Below, piece by piece: positions 26,789 to 41,277 of a stretch of 64,000 nucleotides of DNA. Every line of letters starts with the position of its first letter. Within the stretch, counting starts at the first letter, position 1. The position numbers were made by a program, and so were the translations under genes. This stretch comes from Auanema rhodensis (taxonomy: Eukaryota; Animalia; Nematoda). The notes beneath the pieces are model-generated. The model was not told the origin of the DNA and made no database searches. It saw only the letters and a program-made list of their open reading frames with translations. The stretch spans positions 10,850,001 to 10,914,000 of the forward strand of contig OZ059894.1 in the NCBI GenBank assembly GCA_964057225.1, written 5' to 3'.

Positions 26789-29700
26789 ATGGATAAGAAC
26801 CCCCTAGATTGTAATATATGTAGAAAGGTATTAAATGGATAACAATTATTCAAACGTTACGTTTTTAGGAATTAGTAAATCCTGTAGTTCTAACTTGTTT
26901 ACATACTGTTTGCAAAGACTGTTTAACTGCAAAGTGTTCGATCTGTCCTGCTTCAGAATTAGGTATTTGAAGCTAAAATAAAACTTTTTGCAGTTTCCTT
27001 ATCTATATTGATAATATTTACTGATTGTAAAAGTCAGACTAACTTCGAACAGCATGCAAATTTTATTTAGGAAACATTCGCGTAGATGAGGAGGAGGAAT
27101 ATCGGGAAGATCCTATCGCTACATTTTTATTGAAAACTTCACATGAAGAAGTAGAAAAATGTGCGAACTGTGAACAGGTTTGCTTTCTGTTTTTTTTATT
27201 TTTGATTCAGTTGTGCAATTCAGATTGTGCATCCAATGTTTTACTGTGAGACATGTCGTCAGTCACTGTGTCAAGAATGTAAATTAATTACCCACAAGGT
27301 AAAAATGAAAATCAATTTTATTAGCATGAGAAGCTTATTTACAGGCCAGAATGTTTGAAAAACATAAAATTTTAAAATCAGAAGAGCGATTAATGGTTTA
27401 TTCCAACGGTACTTGTAATGAGCATAACGAACCTCTCATTCTTTATCACGGAGTACAGAAAACTCTAGCTTGCATCCAATGTTTTAATATAGCTCAATCT
27501 GAGGACAAGTATGAAATGAATTTATTCAATTTATATTGTTACATTTAAGACTTCTTTTTGTATCGATTGATACTGCCTATAAAAATAGTATAGAATTAGT
27601 TGAAAGGCATGCCATTACCTTAAAGAAATATCAAGTAAGATTAATGTTGTAGTTTTTGTAATCTTATTTTCTTTTTATTTGTAGGACAATCAACAAGAAG
27701 AGTTAAGAATAAGACAACGTATCTTGCAAGAGAGCAGTAAAACATATGAAACGGAAAAAAAAGAGTACTCATAGTTTATCTGGTTTCTTATTTCGTTTTA
27801 TAGTTTATATCACATATGCCAACTAATGGTGGACGCTGTTCATTCTACACGAGATCTATTTCTTGCTAATCTTGATAGGGAAAGAGCTGCAGCTGAATCA
27901 GCGTGTCTTACTCAAATAAGTACAATTAACACATACCTTGTGGGTATTTTTTTTGTATTTTAAAATAGTTTATCTGTAACAGGACCCTATTCGTTTATCA
28001 TTAATGGCATCACGGATAATGTGTGCATCTGCTTCAAAATTAGATGTTTTACAATTGATCCAAGTTTTATCGGGAAGAGTGGAGGTACGCAATTATTTTA
28101 TAATTAAAAAAATGTATATTATAGAGGATATGCTCTCGATGTATTGATAAGGTTCCAACTTGGCGAAATTCTAATGCATGTATTGAGTTTCGTTCAGAAG
28201 TTGCAAAAGCTTTAGAACCACATATAGGTTTATAAATTTTTAAAGATTATTACTGTAATTTTTGAATAGGTCTTTCTGCTGCTTTTTGTCCTATTTCTGC
28301 CGTTAAAGAAGGTTCGAAAGAGGGTACCGGGAATTCTTACAAGACTTTATCTGGATCGCAATCATTGTGCAAGCCTCAAGTCTTGCCTAAATTTCAAGCC
28401 CTTATAGATTTGTCGGGTGCATTCGGGCATCTTCTTAATCGAATAGAAGGTTATAAATTTTCGAAATATTTATATATTGTATTTTTTCAGGTCCTCTCTG
28501 TGATATAGCAGTTGAATTGACTAGTTTAAGTACACGAGTGCAGGAAATGCAGCGTGATATCACCATGAGACGTTGTCTTGTTAAACCAGATAGTATTAAT
28601 ATTCTCGCCAAAGAGTAAGCTGAACATATATTTTTTTTTTTGCATGTTTTATTATTAAGATGTCAAAGTTTGGAGGCAAAATTAAGTCTTCATACAAACC
28701 TGATCGAGGAGCTACAACCTGAAATGCAAGAAATATGGCAAGAACAACTTGATAGAATTCGGAGACAGCAAATAATTTTTCGAGAAAAGGTTTATAGTAT
28801 TTATAAGATGTAGTTTAAAGGGAAACATACAGGTTAATGAGTGTTCAAATCTTCGTTGCATAGTTCGCGATGTTTTAAATGCTTCGAAACAACTAGGACC
28901 CTTTGCTGTGTGTATTGAACAAATGAGTGCTCTTATAGATCCACGGTATTATTTTATTTTTTGTATATTCTTGTTATCTTTTTATTATACATTTTAGTCG
29001 GTGTCATCCTCCGGATCCTGCTCCAATGGAAAGTATATGTCTTCAAATTTCGACTATTGAGCCAGATAGTGAAGGAAGAATAGCTGCAATCGAGAAGGTT
29101 TATTGTTGAAACAATGCCTTTTTTACTCATTATTTTTTAGGAGGAACAAAACAGACGAGCTGTCTTAGAAGCAAAGAAAAAAGCGGAGGAAGCTGATAGA
29201 GGCTCGGTAGTGAAGGGATTAAAGCATGGAAAGACAAAAAAACGAGAGCACTCACGGTTTCTTGTTAACACTAACCGCGAACGAAGTCCCGGCGGCACCG
29301 ATTCAGCACTCCTGTCCCCATTCACTCGGCGACCGTATGCTAATTACCTTTTTTATATTAATTATAGTTAGTTTTATAGAATAATTTCTAATCTGCGAGA
29401 TGATTGTGGTTCTGATTGTGAGGAAACATTTACTGATGAATGTTTTGATTTATGGGCTAATGATAGTTGCTCGGAAGCTGGATTTTCATTTACTGATCAA
29501 GTTTGTGTTTATAGTGTTACTAAAACAAAATAAATTTTAGGCACGATGCTCGTCTTCTTTATCTTTAGTAATACCATCTCGTACAAACTCTCCTGATAAT
29601 CCTATTGTTGTTAAACCAGCTTGTGTAGTCATAAATGAAAATAAATCAAGTGGTTTTCTTGCAGCAGTAGAAGAAGGTATTTTTCCAAAATATACTTACA

Positions 29701-30258
29701 ATACAAAAAATATTCAGAATCATCTCGAATGGTAATGATACAATCCCTTCATGATTTATTCGCTTCGCAAAAAGTCAGTGATGATGAAAAGGATTGCAGT
29801 GTTCTAGCTAGCGCTGTAAAATCATCTCAAAAGGTTAAAAAAATTGACAATGGTTCCAAGGATAAAATTATAAAGGAAACTATAACTTTGCTTGAAGTGA
29901 AAGAAAAGTGCTTAAATGAAACAAATAAGTAAGTCTATATAAAAAAATAAGTAAGTCTATATGTATGTGTGTTTTTAGTGCCGGAGACTCAGCCTACCCT
30001 AAGGTAATGAAACGCTCACGAAAAACCAGGAAATCAAGCGAGGATATCTCTATGAATGAAACTAAATATATTTCTACTCAATCAGTATCCTCTTCTTCGG
30101 ACCAGACAAAAGTTCCTGTAGTGCCTTTTGTGCCAAACAGCATATTTGAATTTGAAGACTCTGGAAAATTAAGTGGCTTTGAAGCTAAAGAGAAGATGTT
30201 ACAGTCCTTGAAAGAAAGAGTTCGTTCTAGAGCAAACAGTGATTTAGAAAGGGAATAG
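26789..30258 (+). CDS. RNF207: RING + B-box + coiled-coil E3 ligase, RNF207-like
   Basis: RING CNIC..LTCLHTVCKDC..CSIC; B-box CANC..FYCETCRQSLCQECKLITH..RMFEKHKI; CNEHNEP; MQRDITMRRC; MQEIWQEQLDRI; RERSPGGTDS; many short introns. Confidence 0.8.
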
Positions 30259-32340
30259 CGAAAAAATTTTATATGTATAGATTTAAAATTACTCATATAA
30301 TGAGACTAGTCTTTTGAACTGCATATTTTTATATTTCTTATTGAGAAATTTGCTTTAATTACTATTGTTACGAGTTATTAAGTAGATAATCTGCTTTATT
30401 TCAATGTAATTTTTTGTTTTAATAAGAGTTAATACTTTTTATTAATAAATATTTACGTTTTAATATCTTTGCAGTGCTTCAAAATTACATGTTATCTAAA
30501 AAAACAGTATAAGTGAAGGACCTGGAAGTTATTTCCTTTTTAAGAACATGAGTAACAAGCGTTGTCGAAACTGAATATAAAGTTTTGCTTTCACATGCTG
30601 ATGATTAATTTGAATATTTTTCAACAAAAAATATTTTTTGACACTGATATTGATTGAATTTTTCATATATTTATCTTAACGTTCTTATATACAAAAACAT
30701 CAAATACCTCATAAATTTATTTTTTATTTTCAGTGAATAGTGTACAGAATGATGAATACAAATTTAGATGAGCTGTTCAAATAGGCTCTTTGATTTGAAA
30801 CTATCACAAAAACGGAAATCTAACTTCGAAAACTAAATTTCGCAATGATTTTATAGTTGTATCATTCTCATCCCATTGGCTTTGACTGTTAAGCTCGTCG
30901 AAAATTAAGGATTTATGTCCAGTTTCATTGCATGTATAGTTTTAATTTAATTTTGTGAAGGATGATTCAACAAGTTTTCTGATTTATTCTTTGACGCCTC
31001 TCTATTTTTTTCAAAAACTATGGGAGATGCTAAACGATGAGACACCAAGTTTTAAAGATAGCTGACAAGCAGCTGTTTCCTTTTCATTTCTTCTTATCCA
31101 TTTAGTTAGCATTTAGTTATTTTCCTCTTATTTTCTCATATCTGTCTTCAATTTTCTTGCATTTCTTAATTAATTCAAATTTTTACCTAATATTTTTTAA
31201 AAATCTTGCAGATTAGATATTTTAGTGTTGTTGAATACCATTAAAGCTGGAAATATAGACATTTATTTTCAGTCTATTTTTCCATAACAAATTGAAAAAT
31301 TTTGGAAACCCACTTAACTTTACAATCGCCATGTGGTCAAAGTTAAAAGACAGCCCCATTACACTCGAGTGTTAGTCATACAAACTACATAATACGCCAA
31401 ATACATGGTTTTTATGTATCTTCCAATTTTCTTATATTTGCTATACAAATCTAACTCGTACTGCTATTGCTCTGAAGTAGCAGTTTTATCAATACCCATT
31501 GACGACTTCTTTACTTCGAATAACTTTCTTTGAACTTTGCGAACAAATATTTGGTAATTCGATCATTGTTATATCGATTTCTGTCAGATTATATCCTTGC
31601 TATCTGCAAACAATATTCCTGAGCTATGATAATGGATCAGCTAAACTAGCTGAGTCGATCCAGCATTTCTTAAACTTCAACATTTGCCCTTGCCGTGTAA
31701 AAAGTATTCCCAAAACGAGTACGCGTAATATTATATTGAAGTGTACGAGTTGTTTCATTTATCGCTCTTCTATCTTAGATATTTCGCCTGGATGACATCC
31801 GTTTTTAAATTAGTTGTAACAAACATTAAACATATGTGCTGTAACTTATAGTGGTATTAAAAGAGGATATTTGTAGCATCAATGTATCTGCCTCTATATA
31901 CCCTTAAAATATTTTAAGAATTGTTAGAAGAGGCAAAAGGCTTAAAAGAACGATTCTTGCTAACTTTTATACATTTCAAAAGTAAAACCCACGAATGAAG
32001 GAAACTTCCGCAAAATTATTCAGTTTTGCTCATATGATCAAATTTTGGTATGATGGATAGCATAACTTTGTTAAAAACAAATTTGTTGTGTAAATCCTTC
32101 ATTGATTCGTCGGTATTGCCTTTTTGTTGAACTATGCTCTTTGATCTGTGTATTAGAGAGGATTAAGAGTGCGTTTATTAAGAGTTTTTTGAAGTTCTTC
32201 ACAACACGTCTGCATATTAGTTGTATTCAATCTAAACATTTATCGGTTTTAAATCGTCGTTCTTTATATATAATATATAATCAAATCCTGGAATGTGTTC
32301 ATTGATTTTTCTTCATAAACTTTTTTTTATAGAAATTAAA

Positions 32341-34909
32341 ATGGAAGAAGAGTCTGTACTTGAACAAGTTAGTAAAAATTTGGTTGAATCTATTATACCA
32401 GCAGCACTAGAAGTAATTTTTTTGATTAAATTTTGTTTTTTTATTAATATATTTACTCTAGAATTTAACTGCTGATAATAGAGATGATGATATTCAATGT
32501 ATAAAAGATAACTTGAGTAACTTGGTAAAATATATTATTTATTGTAGAATATATTATTGTTATAGGAATCTATCGTTCAAAAGACACCCCCTCCTTCTCC
32601 AAATGAAAAAAGTGAAATTGAAAATTGCGACATTGCCGCCGATCAAGCTGTGAGTGTTTAAAGCTGTTTTTTCGAGATTATTTGATATCTTCTTTCTCAG
32701 TTTCGTTTATCGTTTATCGTATTTCATTTTTCTATGTTTAGGAAGCTGTTTCTGAAGTAGAGAAAGATAATCATGCCGATTTACATGATAGTTCTACGGT
32801 TGAAGGCTTATCTGAGGTAGCTAAGTTTGTAACCATAACCTTTTTTTAATTGTATGTATTCAGTTAGCAAACGATGATTTGAAGATAGACGGTGAAGTTG
32901 AATCTTCAGAGCCTGTTAGTTTTTCACCAGAATACAGTTCACCAAATAATTTCTAGGAAGCTTGTGAGCAGGAAGTTTCAAATAGTTTACAACAAGATAG
33001 CTGTATTGTGGACTCCAAAAATGCAAATGAGTTTTCTCCATCTGAAATGCTATCGGAAATTGAAGAAAATTCTGCAAAATGTCTTGAGAATGTAACTGGT
33101 TTTGCAAAAGAGGTTTGTTTAAATATTCTTTTAATTTTTTATAAATGATATCTTAGGTTATTGAAAATGTGGAGAGCAGGATTGATGAAATCAAGACTGA
33201 AAATCTGCCTTCCTTTGATGATGCAAAAAATGAAGTAATCATATAAGATGAAATTATAAATATTGTTTAAATTCTCATTAATATTAGGCTGAAGCTATTG
33301 TGGACCATATCATCGAAAGCGAGACTGTGGAAAACGTAAAAGAGAAAATGAATGAAGTATTTCAAGTTTATACTTTGAATACTTGTTATTGATTTTGTTC
33401 GTAGGTTTATGATAACGTTGAAACATTCTTGGAAGAGGCTAAAACCGAATCTGAATCGGTTATTGAGGAAATAAAACAAGACGTAAATAATACTGACTTA
33501 AAAGTGGAAGAAGTTCTTCCTGTCGAATCAGAACAAAAAGATCTCTTTGATTCCGATTTTTCAATTAAGGAGGTATTGATATAATCATTTTTTCTTCACT
33601 TGGAAATTTATATCAGAACAATGAATCAACTATCGATGTTGACAATAGTAAGGACGAGCATATGAGCAATTCAACTGAGTTAACAAAAGATTCCAACGAT
33701 ACAAAGGAAGATCATGCCGATAACAATGAGGATGACAAGGTTTATATTAGCTATTGTGAAATGCTCTTCTATAAGTTTCTTTTTAGAAAAATGAGTCAGA
33801 GGATAAATCAGTTGTCACTGAAGTAACTGGTAAAAAAACTACTCTTATATCAATGAAATTAATTAATTCATTTCTAGAAACTGTTGTTGAACAGATAAGC
33901 AACATCTCTAATACTCAGGAGCCATCGTCTACATTGAGCCTTGGAAATGTCGCTGGAGAAACAGAAGCACATGAAGAACATGTTACCGAAGAGACAGAAG
34001 CACATAAAGAACATGTTACCGAAGAGACTGAAACACAAGAAGAACATGTTGCCGAAGAGACTGAAACCCAGGAAGAACAATTTACCGAAAAGACTGAAAC
34101 CCAGGAAGAACAATTTACCGAAAAGACTGAAACCCAGGAAGAACAATTTACCGAAAAGACTGAAACCCAGGAAGAACATTTTACCGAAAAGACTGAAACA
34201 CTTAACGAGCAAGAAAACAAGGTATTAAACGTCTTGAAATATGCATTAATTTATTTTGTTTAGGAAACCGTTAACTCAACTTTGGAAGATATTACGGACA
34301 AAGTAGGAGATTTAGCATCAACTGTCGATAGCGCCGTTCAATCGACAATGTCTGAAGCCAAAAGAGCTTTTCTTGAAGGGAGGGACATGGTTACTGAAAA
34401 AATTAATACACTCATGGAACAGGAAACAGATGTAAAAAGCGACAATGATAATTCAAGTTGCGTTGCTCCAACTGCTGAGGTAAATTTTTATTTATTTATT
34501 TTTTAAAATTAAATAACCAATTTAATCCAAACGTTTTCCTTTTTCCAATAACATTTTAACATATAGCCTTTTGCTGAAAGATTCGCAGCTTCTACGCTAC
34601 AGGAAGCGTTGCATAAGGCTGCTGAAGTGAGTTTTAGGATTTCGCGTGCTTGCCAGTTGGGATATGTTCTCTTAAATCTTTTCTTCTTTACAGTCATCTG
34701 CTGAAGCTGCCGTTGTTGAGTCCACTGAAGTGAAATCATCAGAAATCCCACAAGAGGATGCTCCTCAGAATAATGAGGTTAGAAAATTTTTGAACCTGTA
34801 CGTTCACTTAACCATTTTTTCTTTCTAGGACAAAGTGAAACCTGTCGAACCTTCACCACCGGCATCAAAAATTGATACTACTCCAAAACGACGTTGTACT
34901 ATTCTATAA
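32341..34909 (+). CDS. Acidic Glu-rich low-complexity protein with 11-aa tandem repeats and a C-terminal CaaX box
   Basis: Starts MEEESVLEQVSKNLVESIIPAALE; multiple short GT-AG introns; ends ...TPKRRCTIL* (TAA 34907-34909). Confidence 0.75.
33958..34200 (+). repeat. Coding 33-bp tandem repeat (about 7 units) encoding ETE(A/T)(H/Q)EE(H/Q)(V/F)TE
   Basis: Units such as actgaaacccaggaagaacaatttaccgaaaag repeat near-identically; the period is visible in four overlapping ORF translations. Confidence 0.95.
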
Positions 34910-35133
34910 ATTCTACGCGACAATTACATAAGCGCATATATCTATTTATTTGTTGTAATGTTTCAATTTGAGCTTCACATTTTTTAGCGTTTTATCCTTG
35001 TTTTGATCTAATTTTATGTATAATCGAGATATATCTAGATTGTTACTTGCATAGATACATAAACAAATCATTCGATTTATTATTGTTCAGTTATTTAGGC
35101 AGCAAAGTCTTTTTTTGGTATAAATATTTTATG

Positions 35134-36543
35134 TTAAGCTGTAGATGCTGTAACTGCAGCAGACCCATTCTTGGCATTATGTAAGGGATTTCCATTTTGT
35201 TCCCTATTTGTTCCTTCTCGATTTGAATTGTGTTGAGTTGGTTTGTTGTGCAAAGGAGCCTGAAAGAGCATGTGTTAGAGAAGACATTTAAAAATCATTA
35301 CCGCTGTAGTGGAAGTCTGGATGACATGTGTATTCTCTCGCTTTTCAATTTTTTTATTTGCATGATTAGTGGATGAAGTGGAAGTTTTCACCACATGATC
35401 TTCTCTTTTCTTTCTGGGTGGTAGTGTCTGAGACAATAAATCAATTGTATCAAAAAGAAAAGTGGAAAAACTTTTTCTGATGTATGATTGGAATAATTCC
35501 ATTGCTTAGTCCTGGGAACGCTTTTGGATGGAGCTCCTCCCGCTTTGAACTGATTATAGGTTCCTTTTTGATTGAATTAAATTTCACGAATGTAATGTGT
35601 TCAGTTACCTTTTTTGATTTGTTTAGGTGTTGCTTCTCCCCTCACGATATGAGTTCGTTTCGCTGGGATTGAGTTTGATAACCTAAACAAATCGTTTTCA
35701 ATTATTTTAAATTTCAAAGAACTACCGAGGTTTGCAATTGTCGACTTCATTGTTGCTGCCTTTATCTATATCAATAAAAACTCTTTGGAGAATTTCTTCG
35801 ACCGAGACTTCAGTATCATCTCGCATTCTGACAGGTAGTAAAGGGATAGAACAAGAATTTAATTAATATTTTGATCTTATTCATTTTATAATTTTTATAT
35901 TTTTTGGTATCAACTTAGTTTACTTACGTTATTCGTTTTTCACCTTCATTTGTTTGAATTATGTTTTTTCCAGCATTATTATTCGGAGCCGAGCAATTAA
36001 TCTCACGTGAGTCATCGTTGACTTCATTAGTACTCTATATTTAGAAAATTAGAACGAAAAATATTATTTAAATTTGAATTATGACTACCTCACAAGGTAC
36101 GTATTCGTTAGGTTTTACTACCATTAACTCAACATCCAATGCGTTCACAGTACTTTGTTCACTTTCCGCTATATTAAACGTTGTTAGTTTTCTTATCTAA
36201 GATTATCACAAAAATTCTCTTAAAAAATTAATTTTGAACTTCTTCAAACGTTTCCTCGTATGGATGAGTATCTTTTGAATCTTCAACGTTCTCTTTAATG
36301 GTTACATGATTTTCCTTTTCTGAAACCTTAAAAAGAATTTTGTTTGAACTCGTGGTTCAGTAGTTTACTTTTACAGGTGGTAAAACAGCTCTTTTTATCA
36401 TTGGGCCACTATTTTTCTGCAATTCTGAAAGTTATTAACATGTAAACAAATTAAAATCCATAATTACTTGCTTGTTTACTTGGTGCTGAAGATTTATCAG
36501 CAACACGTGAAGAAGATTTTCCTGATGCTTTAACAAATGACAT
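35134..36543 (-). CDS. Hypothetical low-complexity protein (multi-exon)
   Basis: MSFVKASGKSSSRVADKSSAPSKQA|KLQKNSGPMIKRAVLPPVK|... last exon APLHNKPTQHNSNREG...AVTASTA*. Splice phases are consistent at the checked junctions; no recognisable domain. Confidence 0.55.
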
Positions 36544-37159
36544 GACTATAAAGTACATTAAGTTTGGTTACAAATTCATCTTCAATTGATTAATAAAAAG
36601 AAATATAAAACATGATATTCCATATTAGTAAGACATTTCATAGTTCTTATATGATTTACAATGATGAAAAGATGTAAATATTATAAAGGCTAAAACTCTT
36701 TAAGAATTTGGCTCAGCACAAAATGATGTTTCTGAGGACTATTTTTTGTTGTTAAGGATGGGAGATAAGATCGCTATATTCAATGCATGAGCACGACATT
36801 AATACATAAATAAACAGATGTTTTACATCATTCATATTTTTAGCCGAGCCATTTTTTGCTTCTAAGAATACTCTGAACTTCAAGAACAACTTGGATGAAC
36901 AAAAATGATATACCCAGTTTCTATGTGAAATACTGAAACTTAATTATTGGTAGACAGATAGATAGATAGATATTTATTTATTTTTGAAAACAAAATTCTT
37001 TTGAAAAGATTGAAAGTTGTCTTTCTTTTATAAACAGAATACAGCACAACATGTTTAAAATACTGTTCAATGACATTTAATTTAAATGAAACATTGAGGA
37101 TAAGATGGATATACATAAAGATATCCATATATATGAGATACAATGGTTATTCTTTATGA

Positions 37160-39789
37160 TTATGGATAAATTGTATTATTGTTATTAGATGGTCCAGAAA
37201 TCAAGGATAAAATCAGACGAAGATAATCACCTGAGCATGTCTGTTGAATATCATACTCAAGAGAACGATGATATTTTCGTTTATACTCTTCGCATATATC
37301 AAATAAATCAATCTGAAATTCAATTTATCTATTTATGGTATTTTTTGAAAAGAATCACCTCACTGCGACTAACACAGATTCGAATTATTGTCGAATGATC
37401 AGGTCTGTCACCACTCATTGATGATCTCAATTTCTCAGCAAAAAACAGCTGCATATTTCGAGATGCCCTAACTAAATTTTAAATATTTAAAATAACGTAT
37501 TATTATAAAAACAAATACCGCAAGTTAGCATAATAATTTTTATCTCTGAATGAATTGTTTTATTTCGGCGTATCAATGTTTCCAAATCTTTTTCATCTTT
37601 TCTCGTATCGTCTACCTGAAAAATAAATACTGATAGCATATATTTTCAATAGAATCAAGAATATGACCTTATCAAAAACCATAGACATATGTTTCCATGA
37701 ATGTCCGACAAAAAGTTGTTCAAAAGTTTGCTGATTCTTAGCGATATCATCTAGAGAGTTCTAAAATACTTTTCAATAGTTTATGTTATTTATTAATGTT
37801 TTTACTTTTAATAAAATTTCTACATGTTCATTAACAAGTTGCTCATCAACTATCTTTCCTGGTTCATCTCGAGGCTTAGTTAAAATAGATGTTAACATTC
37901 GTCCAACTACTCCTTCCACCTGAACAAAAGGTTCTACGTTAGAAAAGTAATATCACGTGAAATTTTACTTTAACTGCAATATCCTTCTCAACTGATTTCT
38001 TATAGTCAGTCATATATGTTTCACGAATAACTCTTAATTGCTGAAATATTCCGTGAAATAGCTTTATGTTCTGTAACTTACCCTAGATGATCTAGTGCAA
38101 GCTATTTCTATTGCCACTGAACGATCTCCATAACGGTTCTTAAATTAATGAATTGTACTTTTAATGAAATATTTCAATTACCGAAATGGATTTATACAGA
38201 TTGTGTGAATCGTAATGATGAGCTGGGCGTAGAAGAGCTTGAACCATTTCAAGAAAATATCCCCCACACTCTTCTTCCAAATCATCCAATAAGCTCTTAA
38301 TAACCGAATCATTTACATGAAATTATTGAAAGTTTTTTACTCTTCCATATAGATCTTCATAAGCGTTTATAATTTTTTGTCGTTGAAAATTATCATGGAA
38401 TAGTATTGTTTGTATTATAACTTGATCATTCGTTTCTAAAACTCATCATAACAGATATTTTAATTGGAATTGTATTACCCAAACCACTGAAAGATTTTTT
38501 CAAAATTTCGCATGCTTGAACTGGATAAAATTCTGGTGAATTTGGACCGTATATAGTTCCTCGGAGATCGTCATACTGGAATTTGGAGAATATGTTTGAG
38601 TATATGAAAAAACTAATTACTTGACTTTCATACATCTGATACATCATCGGCATATTTCGACGCCGTGATATATGGCTTGATTGAGAATCAACTGATGAAG
38701 CCGTGCTGTGCTGAAAAACATTCAGTTCAAACATTTATATTTTTATAAGTTTTAAATTGATTGAGGTAGAAAAGGATAGAAATATATTATTTACAAAAAA
38801 CAGGAAACATTGTTGATATATTTTTAAAAATATTATTGAAATTAACAAAATAGAAAATGATTTCATAGCAAATGGAAAATATTTCTCAGTAGAAATTTCT
38901 CTTGAGCTTTTAGAGAACGATCTAGCCAAATATTTAAATGGAGATTCAATTTTCTCCGGGGAGATTTCAAACATACATGTAACAGCTTATTGGAAATAAC
39001 AGTATTCAATTCAATATTTCTTGTCACAAGACTTATTACGTAGAACGATAGGATACATCTTAAGCTTTTTATATGCTTATGGTGTGTTTTGAAATAAATT
39101 AGATCTAAATCCTCTCGTTCTTGAAATTCATTGATATTGAAAATGAAAGCATACTAACATCTTTCACAAAACTATATCAATATTGAAAAAAAAAACGTAA
39201 ATATTTTTATTGCATTATTTTTATTATGAGAATTGATATCCAAAGAAGAAATAAAAATAATACAAAGTTGTCTACATCACGAATGAAATGAATTGCAAAT
39301 AAAAATTGGGAAACTTTGAATACTTTTTGATGCATGGACCTGGATCTAGATCTACATTTATTCATATGTATCTAGTAGTGTGTTTAAGTTATCTTTATAT
39401 ATATATATATATGAGTATATATGTATATAAATTGCTTTTGACATAATAATTTATTCATTTTCTTAAAGTTAATGCGGTTTTGACCACGAGACAACTTTTA
39501 AATAATTGAAGATGAAATAATAAGAATTCCGAAAGTCTTGAATTTGTTACATAAATTAAACCTTCATAAGATAAAGCTGCTATCTCTATATGTATATATT
39601 TATTTTCAAAACTACTACCTTCAATAGTAATAGGTTTAAAGATTTTTGTATTGAAAAACTGTTTTGTTTACCTCTCAATATAGTAAATAAAATCTATTTA
39701 TTATTTTTAATTTTGTTTTTTAAACGTACAGTGAGTTTACGGCGTTCACGGTTAACCTGGAGAGGCTCGGAATCATATTCTTCTGACAT
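37160..39789 (-). CDS. Annexin with N-terminal extension (nex-4-like)
   Basis: First exon [20 protein letters not shown], then [10 protein letters not shown]...[19 protein letters not shown]..; [15 protein letters not shown]; [11 protein letters not shown]; IEIACTRS; [43 protein letters not shown]. Annexin repeat pattern. Confidence 0.88.
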
Positions 39790-41277
39790 TTGGAGAAATA
39801 TATAACTGAAATATAGGTTATAATACAAACTAAATAAATTATATTTAACTAATAATAATAATAATAATAATAATAATACATAACAAGTTAGAATAGTTAA
39901 GAAAAGATGAACAATGGAATATAGGGATGGTTCTACAAATATGAAGCCTACATTGGATCCATCTCTGTCAGCGTATAATCTCGACTTTATAGGAAAATAT
40001 AATATTTAAAATGAAGCTCTTCAATAAATTATTTCATTTCGAGAACTATTCTAAAACTTCTTACTGGAATATAAGAACTATGTTTTCGGTGTTCTACGAT
40101 GGCTCAAGAAATTACAGAGGAAATAGCTAATTGTTTCATTCAACTTAATATGCCGGAAGCATATTTAGAAACAAATTCCTCAGGCAATCTCTAATACTCA
40201 AGTCCCAATAAACAATATCATTGGAATAATATTACTTATTTATTTTTTTGCAGCATAAAATGAGTTTGTCTTGATGATAGCGATAATGGCTTCTAATGAA
40301 CACAGTAAAACTAACCAAGATTGATTTTCAACATACTAATAGAGGTAAAAAGTGATAACTGGTTAAGTGGTATGCTGTCAACTATTTGAAAAACATATAT
40401 GTATATATCTTCACGTTTTGATGAGATGAGATTGCAATGAATCAGGAAACACGTCAAATAATTTATGTATGTCACATGTTTTGTCACCTTTAAATCAGTA
40501 GGCGAAGGAAACACATCAATTAGCTTTCATTGATGTTGAAGCTTTAGAAGGTTTTCCTCGGAACTTGAATATGATTATCAGAAGCTCATCATAATGTGCT
40601 TCATAATTATGAAATAAAAAGTACAATTCTGGAATTTCAATTGTAGTATTTTAAATTTTGAGAAGAAAATAGATAAATATAATATTTCAAAACCGCCTGT
40701 GCATATCAATCGGACTATATCGCTTAACACGTAAACTATTATGTAAATTGAGGACTATAGTTATTATCTTTAGTACACCACACAATTTATCTGCTGACAT
40801 TAGGGATTCAAGATAATGTATTATTTTATTCACAATTCGTGTTATCTTTATTATAATATTTAAAGCACATAATTCTTATTTCAAATTAAACGAAATAATA
40901 GAATAATTTTTAAAAAAAAGAATTAAAATACATCAGTAATATATAGTATGTATATATATATATATATATACATTAAAGGCAATCGCAATGAAATGAACAG
41001 TCTCTTACAATTCTCAAACTATTCATATAAACATTCTCAACAGATAGATTACGTCAGAAGATTTACTATCGAATTGCTACTAATAGATATCATAAAATCT
41101 CTGGTATCGAGATAAGCTCTTTCTAATCTGAATGGCGGTCGGATTACTCCGTATAATCTTTTGTCGACAACAAAACAATATGAATACGAATAGAAGTGAG
41201 CTCTCAACATAAGCTCTTCTAGAATTGGGAGAAAATTATTTAGACTGCTAGATTTATGTTAGAAAAACGATATGGAT

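Noticed and set aside
30900-31800. 98-aa ORF 31499-31795 and a small hairpin near 31634-31661
   Set aside because: Non-ATG start, no recognisable motif, stops in the opposite-strand frames, and no TIRs found.
33874-34228. Periodic ORFs in three other frames; possible CRISPR-like array
   Set aside because: They are by-products of a 33-bp coding tandem repeat with no unique spacers, in eukaryotic DNA.
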